From NCBI GenBank assembly GCA_030264375.1, contig JASCQW010000001.1, forward strand, positions 118,627,304 through 118,691,303: a stretch of 64,000 nucleotides of DNA, given 5' to 3'. The stretch comes from Carcharhinus longimanus (Eukaryota). The position numbers and the translations under genes are program-made. The notes below the pieces were generated by a model. It made no database searches and had not been told where the DNA came from. It was given only the letters and a program-made list of their open reading frames with translations. This document shows positions 37,907 to 48,900 of this stretch, piece after piece (within the stretch, counting starts at the first letter, position 1; each line of letters starts with the position of its first letter).

Positions 37907-38599
37907 CTGTGAAAGAAAATGTACCAAGATGGCACCAGAGATGAATGCATACTGATTGCTCTCAAGTTCATTACCTCATTGAAACTAGGGTTCAAAAATT
38001 CTCTTTTGTTTTAAAGTGAAGGCTTTTGTGACTATACAAGCAACATAAGAAAGATTGACTTATATCGTAGTATTAAGTAACATTTGTTAGATTATTTCAA
38101 GATAAAGAATGGGATCATTTCCTTTAGTTTTACGATGCAACACACGTTAAAATTACTTGATCAAATAGAGTAATACATCAATGTATATATCTAAATTTTG
38201 CAATATTTTATTCAACTGATATATGAGTATAGCCAAGAAGTTATTGTGGAAATGTCAACAGACAAACATGCAACAACATGAATGACATTCTTCTGCTTGT
38301 TCTTTTAGAGCAGGTTTTAACCCATTTATTTTAAGTGGCTAATTACCTTCTGAAGCAACAGACAGAAAATGCAAGGATGTTAAATGTTTGTCTGCTAAAG
38401 GATCACAATAAAAGACAGTTTCACTGATAGCACATTATTTAGTCCCTTCAGCCTGTTCTACCATTCAATGAAATCATGTTTGATTTGTAATCAAACTGCA
38501 TGACCTGTATTCGCTCCCTGTGGTGGTTATGAAGAGTAAGGATGCATTACAGCTCCTTCAAATCGACTCCTGGAAAAGTGGTTTTCATTTGGTTGTGGG

Positions 38600-39513
38600 A
38601 GGGAGGGGGGTGGAGGGTAGCGGGGGAGGCTGAGTATGGAGGCAGGCTGGGCAAAACGTACTTTAGCCCAGCTGTGAAAAATAAATTTTAAAAAAGCCCT
38701 TCACCACAGACCCCCTCACTACCATCACACATTCCCCATCATGCAATCTCAGATACACCCCCCCTTGCCCCTCCTCCCATGGCCCTTTATTATCCCGATG
38801 CCACTGATGCCCCCTTCCACAATCCTTTGCCTTTATATCCCCCATGCCAACTCACCAAGTATTCATCATAGGCAGACTTCAGGGCTTATGCTGCGATTAA
38901 ATAAAGTTCATAAGTGTCTATATAGGAATTCATTATTTAAAAGAACACTCCAGCTGAGTACATTTCACTTCCTTTAGTTCTCTAATATTATAAGTATTTG
39001 TATTCATGGTCTCACTTCAAAGATTTATAAGCACTTGGAGCCATCAATCAAACTGTGAACAATAGAAACTCTACTGTGATGATAGGTTGTGAAATTTGTC
39101 ATGTAGTGCTAACTCTGTAATGGTAACCTCATGCTTACATCAGCAAATACTGTATTTTCCAACACTGCTGACAAGTATTTTTTAATATTTGAAGGACAAG
39201 AGATTTAAATGTCCTGACAGGTTGATTGCCTCCTTTGACAATGCTAATGAGCATGACAGTTCTGATGAATTTATCCACATTTTACACACATTTGTGCTTA
39301 CTTTTAATATTCTCAAAGGGCACCTGACCTCTCCCAGAGATGCATAGGAACCACGTCCAAAAGGGTACCACCAACTCTTCAAAGGACTCTGGTAAGTTTA
39401 AACCTTCTACTACCAGGTTTAATGTGCACAGGTTGTATTTCCCACTCCCTACTTGTGAAAATCAATAAACTGAAGGCAGCTGCACTTTAGCATGTTCAGC
39501 TGCCTCCATAAAT
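38600..39513 (+). mobile_element. ~0.9 kb non-coding element, same family as 22931-23990
   Basis: 39420-39513 is the reverse-complement match of 22931-23025, and internal blocks are shared. Confidence 0.7.
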
Positions 39514-39809
39514 CATGGATGTCCAAAGTTCAACCGGTACATTTACTAGATGGTGAGCATATCGGCTTTTTTACTGCAGCATGCTACTTTATCATTTATA
39601 GAAAAAAAGATTGATTTGAAAAGTCATCTACTTTATACTAGTAAAAATAGTAATGGTAAAATTACAACATTGTCTTTACTGCAATAAAGACAATCTGTAA
39701 CAACTTCTAAACTTGACAATCACTCTTGGTGATGTTAGTGTGATAGTGCTAATTGCACTTGTATCAAATTCCTCTGCTTGCTGTTGTTTGTCCAGAAGAA
39801 GCTATTTGA

Positions 39810-40090
39810 TCATAGATAAACATAGAAAACATAGAAAATAGATGCAGGACAAGGCCATTCGGCCCTTTGAGCTGCACCACCATTCAGATGTGATCATGAC
39901 TGATCATGTACTTTCAGTATCCCACTACCGCTTTCTCTCCATATCCCTTGATCCATTCAGCTGGCAGGGCCGTGTCCAGCTGCCTCCTGCAATATCTGAT
40001 GAACTGGCCCCAACAGTTTTCCATGGTAGAGAGTTCCACAGATTCACAGCTCTCCAAGTGAAGAAGTTCTTCCTCAGCTTAGTCCTGAAC
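39810..40090 (-). mobile_element. CR1 LINE 3' fragment
   Basis: (catagaaaa)n tail and an RKNFFT.RAVNLWNSLP-type region. Confidence 0.75.
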
Positions 40091-40204
40091 CTTAGTCAGG
40101 CCTTAGTAAGAAAGGGAATGCTAGCCAATTTTTTCTCCCCAAGTCCAGAGACAACAAACTCAATTGAAGTGGTCATTCCAACAGGTAACTTAATGAATAT
40201 AGAG

Positions 40205-41158
40205 ACATGTCAAAGATTTTCATCTTGTACTCATCAGAACATGTCATAAGATTATTAACATATAGGGAAAACAACCACTTATACTGTATGAGAAGACATA
40301 GTTATTTGGTTGACAAGTAGATTCTGGTTGGTAGAGGTGTTGGCATGGAGAATGCACCAGTTGATAGTGACTAACAATTAACTGCCAAACATTGCTTGAA
40401 TTTTAAACCAGGCAGCTTCACCATGATTGGTTCATAGAATCCTTACAGTATAGGAGGTCATTTGGCCCATTGAGTCTGCACTAAAAACAATCCAACCCAG
40501 ACCCTATCTCTGTAACCCCACATATTTACCCACTAATCCCCCTCACACTAAGGGGCAATTTAGCATGGACAATCCACCTAACCCGTATATCTTTGGACTG
40601 TGGCAGGAAACTGGAGCCCAAGCAAACATAAAGAGAATGTGCAAACTCCACATAGTGAAGCCGGAATTGAACTTGGGTCCCTGGCACTGTGAGCCAACAG
40701 TGCTAACATTGTGCCATCATTCCTGCAGAATGAGTCAGTGAATGGCAGTCACTTATTTTGTTTAGCTAAAACTAACTCGCTGTGTGTACATGTTCTGTCT
40801 ACAAAATACCGTGCCCTACATATTAATATTTGTAGCTTCTATTACATATAAATGAGTCACACAGAAAGCCTGAATGACAATCTTAAATTGATTGTCAGTG
40901 TAATTCTTAGCACACTGAAATAGGGTGTGGCAAAGACATCCTGTGGGATAATGGCTGCTCTGCTCAGATCATTTCATGCTGTGTATTTGAAAACTCATTA
41001 ATGGGCTTAAGGCCATCATTTTCAGCTAAAAGTACCCAGTCTATCTCAGGTTACCCTATATTTTCTTCCCATACAGTATAAATTGTTGTTTTCCCATTAT
41101 ATTGATATTCTTGTGAAATGTCCCGGTGAGTGCATGATGAAAAGTTTTGACACAAGTC
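40205..41158 (-). mobile_element. Penelope-like element 3' part (GIY-YIG C-terminus plus hammerhead), with an inverted terminal copy at 41055-41158 and a nested SINE
   Basis: Minus strand 40795-40915 reads CAKNYTDNQFKIVIQAFCVTHLYVIEAT...CRQ. CTGATGAgtacaagatGAAA at 40218-40237 (minus). Inverted copy on the plus strand. Confidence 0.7.
40433..40718 (-). mobile_element. tRNA-derived SINE nested in the Penelope remnant
   Basis: Same core and tail as 3627-3934. Confidence 0.8.
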
Positions 41159-42129
41159 ATTTTTTAAACAATATTGAATTTCTGTACTATTAAGTGACCA
41201 TTTCAATATAGAACTTGAGATCTTCCTAGTCTGCACAACTGAGCGAGCAGTGCATCTAGTGAGGCCATTGAGAATAAGTTTATTTTCATTATTAGTCTCA
41301 ATTTAGTGCACCTTTCCTTACATTTTTCATCCTATTTGTAATAATTTGAGGACAAAATGAAGTGCCATCATATCACCATTCCTGCCATAATGCAAAGCTG
41401 CTTCTGGTTCAATAGTCTGCACAAGGCTGATCATCTACTTTATCTCTTCATATTTGTTGGTTTGAGAAATGAAAATATCTCCAATAAGGTCCAGTGTAAA
41501 GCTGCCTTTAAAAAGTGTCCAGAGGTTTGTTGGATGCCAGGGCATTGTATTTGTGTTATAAATTCCTTGCTCATGGTTCATAGTTAATATTTTAAAGATA
41601 ATTTCTAGTTCTGGGACGATCAAAATTTAACTGCAGAGCATGTGATAAATGCAAGCAAAACAGCTTAAAGACTGTTGCATGTGCCTAGCCCAGCTTTCCC
41701 TAAACCTACTTGCCCATCTTCGAGAGCACCTCAACCATTGAGATGTTCTCTTATCACTACTGTAGCCTCAACAATGCCCATTGTTAATAGTAGCTAACAA
41801 TGCTGAGGCTGCAGGGCTGCCAACTATTTATTTGGTCTGGTAGCACTTGGTCACCATTCTAAATCGATTGCCATCAGCAAAATGCTGTCCGACAGTCCCA
41901 CTACTGACTTAAGTGAGCTTATATTCTACTTTTGACTCTGGTGGTGGGACTTCTGCCTCCTGTATTAAATTCAAAACCCGAGAGAAACTCTCTACAGATG
42001 CCACAGACCTGCTGAGTGTTATATGAGGGAATTGATGCAGTGTTATTGGGTGATATTGACAAGAGGCAACACACAGGTGAGAAATAGGATGGGGATCAAG
42101 AACATATCCTTGGATACAAATGGAAGTGG

Positions 42130-42480
42130 GATTTTGGAATTCTCTTCATCCATTCAGTAATGATGCTGTTTGCTTATGATATTTCACTGAACCTTGGTTT
42201 CTGGATGTTGCTCTGATGTTATCAGCCAAGATTTAAGTGGGTAATCCTAATCTCCAAGTACCCTTTCTGACATGTATACTTCCGTACGACATTGTCTCTG
42301 CTCTAGTAGATCCACGGTTAGGATAGGAAGCCATAGAATTCTCGCACACTGCTTGTCAGGAGAATTTTATAAATTATGTCAATGATCTGTAGATTTTCTG
42401 CAACATCTATCATATCAAATGGTATCTAACTATATGATGCTGTTTAATGCCCCATCTTTCTGTTCCTTTTCCCATCCTCA
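42130..42480 (-). pseudogene. Highly decayed Harbinger (HARBI1-like) DDE transposase fragment
   Basis: Minus strand reads VLGD*DYPLKSWLITSEQHPETKVQ (cf. LLGDxGYPLxxWLMTP), with an upstream NRK motif. Confidence 0.55.
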
Positions 42481-44407
42481 TCATTGCTTNNNNNNNNNNT
42501 CCTCAGAACATTACAAAAATGCATTTCTGAGAAGGAAATTCATTATTTATCTACAAGGTTAATTTGATTTTAAATCCTGTTCTAACAACAGTCTTTAATT
42601 TCTAATTACGCAATATTCTAATGCAGGTATGAGTATTATACTCACTACTCATTATTGTAACATAAATCATCCAGGCCTTATAGTCCTAAAGAAAAGATGT
42701 ATTTACTGACTTTAGGCTTTCACCATTCTTTCTCATCTCTTGGACACTGCACAGGTTTCAAATACGCCCTTTTTATAAAATTGGTGCTTTTTAAGCTTGT
42801 GAAATCAGCATAAATAGAAGTAAAATAGTGAGGATTAGTAAACCATATCCTGTGCTATTATCTACAGGCAGCCCGAACAGGATGAGGGCAGGCAGATCGA
42901 CACCGTGTTAGGGTCACTGGAGAAAAATCAATGCGGCCATTTTTTAGGATTGGGGAAATCAGTGGAAGGCCCACCCCATTTAACCTTTCCAGAAAGAAAA
43001 CATTTAGACCATCCAAAATGGGTTTTACAGATGAATTGTCAAACTTGTATCTCTTTTCCGTCTTGTCTTCTTATGTCATTTCTCATCTCTGTTTTATAGT
43101 TGTCTCTACTCGTTGACTGCCTCTTTCTCAAATGCTTTTCTCTCCTCTTCGTTTCTATTTCTCATTTCTCTCCTTCTCAATCCTTGACTTGGTTATTTCT
43201 TTGTCATTATTCTCTTGTTATAGACCTGCACTTACTGGGGATAATGAAGATTTTGGTTACTGATGTGGCGAAGACAGTTCGGGGTGAGTTGGGCTGGACG
43301 GGCAAGATTTTGAATGAGGATGACCAGTGGGACAAAAATGAGATGTCTATATCCTGCCGTTAACTGTTGAACATTACTAACATCAATTAGTAATGTAAAC
43401 AATCAGTGAATTCACACTGTTTCGCTATCAAGACAAAATATGCATATCCAAATTTTAGGAGAGAAGGTAGAGTGCACAAAACATTTTAAAAACTGAAACA
43501 AAGAAAATGCAAGAATAACAAACAAAAGAAAAAGAGGCGAAAACCAAAACAAACTCGAAAACCAAGAACAACCTCAGAGCAAGTCCAAGTCCACCACTCT
43601 AGTTTGGCCGAAAGTGTGGCAAAAAGCTGGTCCAGGGAAGTTATTGATCAAAGAAGATAGGAAATAATAAAAGTATATTCAAGCAGATTCAAGACTTTAA
43701 AAGTATAAAAATGAGTTAGATTCATACTTCAAAGCTTTTTTGCATAGAAACCGCATTATTGGGAAGTGAAGTTCTGAAGAGGTAGTTTATGCATTTGTAT
43801 CTCATGGATGGAAACTCTTTAATGGCTCCAAAACCTTCCTGATTGCTGCGTAAAGTTTGTGGGCACATCTGCTTGTTCATAAATTCTCAAAAGACTCTAG
43901 AAAGACAACTATGCCTTTGTGCAGCACAATTGTAGCAATAACATACTATTGTAACCAGTAACCACATCCAGGTAGATAGAAAGATAAGCAAGAAAATCTG
44001 CTGCAAAGAAATAACCTGACTACTGTAAATTATCATCGACATGCAATACTTCCTTTCACCTCTTCCACTTTCTTTCAGTTTTGTCATGCAATGTCATGCC
44101 TGAGAGGGGCAAAAAATGACTGGCTCCCACATTTCGTCCTATGTTGCTTAAAAAACCTACAAGAAGATGCACCCTAAGTAGACCCTTCTTTTGATGGTCG
44201 TTCCTTCTGCTCACGCTTCACAGTGCGCTTTGGTAGGTCATCTACCACCATTCCATGGAAAGTATATTGCTGCTTCAAAGTGTGAGTTACTACCCTGTTT
44301 TGCTTCATCGATGTTTTATAACTTTTCAACTTAATGTAAGCCTACAGTGGTGAGATCACAAATTAGTACATCATTATTCTAAGTTCATCAACACACAATT
44401 TTAAATG

Positions 44408-44625
44408 AGAACATAAGAACATAAGAAATAGGAGTAGGAGTAGGCCATCTAGCCCTTCGAGCCTGCTCTGCCATTCAATAAGATCATGGCTGATCTGAAG
44501 TTGATCAGTTCCACTATCCCGCTTTCTCCCCATAACCCTTAATTCCCTTGTCTGTCAAAAACCTATCTACCTGTGACTTAAATAGATTTAGCGAGGTAGC
44601 CTCCACCGCTTCAACTGGCAGGGAA
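44408..44625 (-). mobile_element. CR1 LINE 3' end
   Basis: gaacataagaacataagaaataggag tail, as at 11090. Confidence 0.85.
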
Positions 44626-44949
44626 CCGCCAGATGCAAATGGTCACTAAAAGCACGCGATTTTTTTTCATTCAATGTGGCAGCAACAACAAGTAGGTCAA
44701 ATGCTTTGAGTGATCATTTGCAGACACCTCGTTATTCTTGAACTCCAGTCTGCCGGCAAGAAAGTAGTTTCAAAATATAATTTCCCTTCCAATTATCTGC
44801 TGCACCTACATGCTAACTTTAAGCATTCCTTGTACAAACGCATCTATTATATTCTTAATATCAACATTTATATTTTTCAGCTCGTCAAACATGTTCTGGT
44901 CTTTCTATGTTTTTCACGAAGAAGAATATCTTTTTGCTGTCCAATATTG

Positions 44950-46514
44950 CACCTGACCTGCCCCTCCACTCAGAAGAACACTCTGCTTCCCCTCCTACTC
45001 TATCTGCCTTTTTCCTACAGCTTGTATTAGCTAAACTTTGGGTAATACCATCCTAATAATCTGTTATACAGGACAGATTGATGGTCCTCTGTGACACTTC
45101 GCAAACTCCTATGCGCACACTAACCCACAGCCATGATAACAGCAGTCTAAGCCTGCATGGCATCATGTTGACTTTGAAAAGTAGCTCACTGAAATTCCAC
45201 TGCAACACTGAGACACTTGTTGAATTCTGCTTGTGCTGCAACATCAGCCATCAGATGTTGCATGATGATTAGGTCCACAAGTTTGTAAATAAAGCTGACC
45301 ACCGCTTCTGTGCTGGAAAGAATGGGCTTCAATCTCTGCACAGTCCTGTGCCATCTTGGTTCTTCCATGCTCCTTGTCCTAAATGCCAAGCTTTTTGGCA
45401 AACCTCCCAATGCACCAGCATTTTGTTGTGCATACCCATCAATGTTCTTTTATAGATTGTCCCTTCAAAGTCTGTAACAATGTCTCTGCAACAAGACTTG
45501 TGTGCGACCTTACTCTTTGGTGAATTGGCACCGACACTACCTTTGTCTCTTGTCCTGGCTGCAAACCACTCGTGCCCTATGTTTTACCACATGCATGTTC
45601 CACCTCGATGCTATTCTGTAAATTATTTGCAGTGTCAGTGTTTGAGCTGGTGGCTGTGATTATGAAATCAAATGATGGTGCATTTTAATCATCACCATTT
45701 TCTTGTTCCTCTCCTGTCTGGCCAGATAGAAGTTTCTGGTTTCCTGGAAAGAAGAAGGGCCCAAGTGTCAAGTTGTGGTGCAGGCAGGAAAGGTGCATGC
45801 TGATACCATCTGTTGCTTGTAAATCAAAAGAGATTATGGGATAAGAGGGAGGTGGGATGTGAGAAAGAGGATGAGGTATGGTGATATTATCATCTTTGCT
45901 GTTTCAACCCGTCTGCTAGCTACTGCCTCAACAATGACTGTCACAATAAATAGCCAACACCATCTCCTGTATGGAGGTTAGGAAATGCAAGTACATCAGT
46001 GCCTCTCCAGTTAGCTCCTGCTACCTCAAGACAATCCTTCTCTTTCTAGATAGAGGAAAGTGTGTCAATAAATGCCGTGCAACCAGTTTGGATGATGTGA
46101 CTGTTATGGTGTGCAACCTGTAAGATATGGTATTAAGTGTGTAGCAGGGCTCAGTCTGTGAGGATGCAGTGGATCCTATCTATGTTAGAAATGAGTCATG
46201 GTGGTAGGGATTGTTGGTAGCTGCTTAATGCTGGTATGGTGCATTCAGCAATGTTTAAAGCTAGTGATACAATTGGCAGTCGAGGCATTTTATGATGCAT
46301 TAACTGACTGTGACCACTTGTGTGAGGTAATTGAATTTCTTTTAGCACTCTATTTGGGTCCTCAGGGTTTGATTCCTGATATTAATCTCCATGCTATCAA
46401 TTCCTCTGAAGAGCCTCCCGGCTCCCTGCAAATACAGGACGTCAACTCCTCCACCAAGGCCTCCAGTGCAAAGTCCAAATATCTAAGAGCCTGCTCTCCT
46501 CCACATTGTGCCAT
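44950..46514 (-). mobile_element. Decayed Harbinger Myb/SANT accessory ORF
   Basis: From ATG 46514: MAQCGGEQALRYLDFALEALVEE..., then frameshifted RTQIEC..KFNYLTQVV (cf. RAPRFSDxxLExLVEEV...RTxxQCRKKFNDL). The lower boundary is uncertain. Confidence 0.6.
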
Positions 46515-46939
46515 CCTTCAATTTTCCCAGGTTAAACCTGCACAAAGGCTTTAACCATAATGTGCCTCCCTTTTAAGAGGTTCACACTGGTTTTAAGTAG
46601 TACAGGCAGTTTTAAGTGGTGCTGGCTACTCACAGTATTACCGCCCTCCAGCTTAAAATGTACCCAGCCTACCATCATCACTGTTAGTATTAGCTGGAAA
46701 CTGAAAACATTAAATGAGGAAGCAGCATGAATTCAGTATGTTACCTACATCACAGTCAAGAGTATGGGTTAATCATACCTCACATCTAATTTGAAAGGTT
46801 ATCATGTTTAGTCCCAATATTTTTGTAAGTGAATGAGTTAAGGTCCTCAAGTTTAGAATTGCAGGAATTTTTAGACCTCCGAAGTAATATACTCTGCAAA
46901 AATTTCATTAAATTGCTATTATTTTATAGAAAAGATGAG

Positions 46940-47210
46940 GGCCAGAACTTTCCAGTCTTTCTCTCACCACTACCACTATCAGTGAGAAGAAAGAGTTTGA
47001 AGCTCAGCTAAATTTCCATTGACTGCAACAGGGCTGGAACATCCCAGTTGCGAGTGAGATTAGAGAATTCTGGCCAAGATGTTGGGTGGGATTTTCCAGC
47101 CGCACACTCCCCAAGGCCAGAAATTCCCATCCAAGGATAGTGGACCTTTGCATAGTTCATTCCGGCCTGCTACAATTCCCGTGGCAGGCAGAACAGGAAG
47201 ATTCTGCGCA
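46940..47210. mobile_element. Two adjacent short MITE-like elements (46940-47076 and 47084-47210)
   Basis: TIRs ggccagaa...ttctggcc on the first. The second matches 26066-26200. Confidence 0.5.
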
Positions 47211-48054
47211 TTATGTCAGCATTAACCGTATTGAAATTAATTTGTCTACTTCTGTGCAGTACTCTTAAATTTGTTATTGCCTTAGTCTGCTATCAAAAAA
47301 GGATTTGTGAGGAATATCAATTATTCTTTTCAGTTCATTTGATTCATAATGAAAATTTTGACACCAACAGCTACAACTTGGAATAGAGATCCTGTGTACA
47401 ATTAATGTACTTAATTCGATGTTGTACTTAATTCTATGTTGTCCTTATAGCCCCTGCAATGCTCCTCAGTTTGCAAAGTGATACAGCAGAATCAGAATAA
47501 CATAACATATAGCAAAAAGTATACCATTCAGCTCATTAAATCTGGTTTAATATTTTTGGTAACTTTATACCCAGATGTACTGCCTTATATTTTCTAATGG
47601 AAAGCAGTGTCTGCCTTATTCCACCCACTTGCTTACACTTTCTTTTGTGCTTTTGTAATTTTTCCTGACCATTTGCAACTTTAAGTCATTTAGATAGAGT
47701 AAGTAGTATTGACACCCAGCCCTGATCCCTTGGACACCGCTTGTCAATCCAAAAATTATCCTTTAATCCTCACACTCTGCTGTCAACTTACCCCCCAGTT
47801 TCTTGCCCATACAATTTGTATGGGTTTCACTAACATAATTTCAATTAACAGTTTCTTTTATGGAACCTTATCGCCTATCCGTGTGTGTAACATCCATATA
47901 GATTCTTTTCTCATACCTCTCCAATTTTAAAATAAGACCAGTTCACCAGGATGGAAATGCCCATAGATGCTTCAGCTTGAGGCCGAGGTCATTTTACTTC
48001 TGGGTCTCATACCTATTTCTGCCCTGTTTCCTGCCTGAAACTGATGGTTCTGAT

Positions 48055-48440
48055 GTAAGTGTGGGGAGATCTCATTGAGACGTCATTGAGACGTCACCTC
48101 TATCCTATCCATCATCTCATTGAGATGATGGATAGGATAGAGGTGGAGAGACTCTTCCCGCTCAGAAAGGATAGTAGGACTAGGGGGCACAGCCTCAAGA
48201 TAANNNNNNNNNNNNNNNNNNNNNNNNNNNNNNNNNNNNNNNNNNNNNNNNNNNNNNNNNNNNNNNNNNNNNNNNNNNNNNNNNNNNNNNNNNNNNNNNN
48301 NNNCTTCAATGGGCAGAGAATTCCAGAGATTCACCACCCTTTGAGTGAAGAAGTTCCTCCTCAACTCCAATCTAAACTGCACCTCCCTTATCTTGAGGTT
48401 GTGCCCTCTAGTCCTGCTATCCTTTCTAAGCGGGAAAGAT
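48055..48440. mobile_element. Two oppositely oriented CR1 fragments across an N gap
   Basis: FPLRKDSRTRGH(S/N)LKI reads on both strands. Confidence 0.8.
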
Positions 48441-48719
48441 GAGATGTTGAATTCCTCTCCCACTCTTCATTTATTACTTCTTTTTTTTGAGCAAAACAAA
48501 TAATCAAATAAACCAATTAACTCAAGAGCCAGCCTAAAAGACACAATAATAATGTTATATACACAATACTGTACGAGTACCATAAACCACTGTAACCAAT
48601 TTCCAGGTTTTAAATTTTCAGTCAAACTTCCTGACAATTTGCAATGTCAGAACATCTTGATCTCAAATGTGAGAATTCAACAACATTTTTCAGAGATACT
48701 CACTCTCTAGTTAGCCTAC

Positions 48720-48900
48720 CTGAAAAAAAGTGAGCCTTGAATCCTTTCTTGGAAACAGTATTGTCAGATTTGAATTCAATCCTCATATTATTGTATTGGG
48801 ATGTTATAACTTCAGGCACTTCAGTACCACAAAACTTCCCATGAAGTTTCGAATCTGATGAAAGGCCACTGCGGATCTCAACATAATCATATTTGCATAT
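48720..48900 (-). CDS. TLL1: Tolloid-like 1 exon, CUB3 C-terminal half ([60 protein letters not shown])
   Basis: Acceptor ttttaccag|ATA, donor TCAG|gtaggc, 181 bp, phase 0 to 1. [15 protein letters not shown] and EVITSQ are TLL1-type. Confidence 0.95.
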
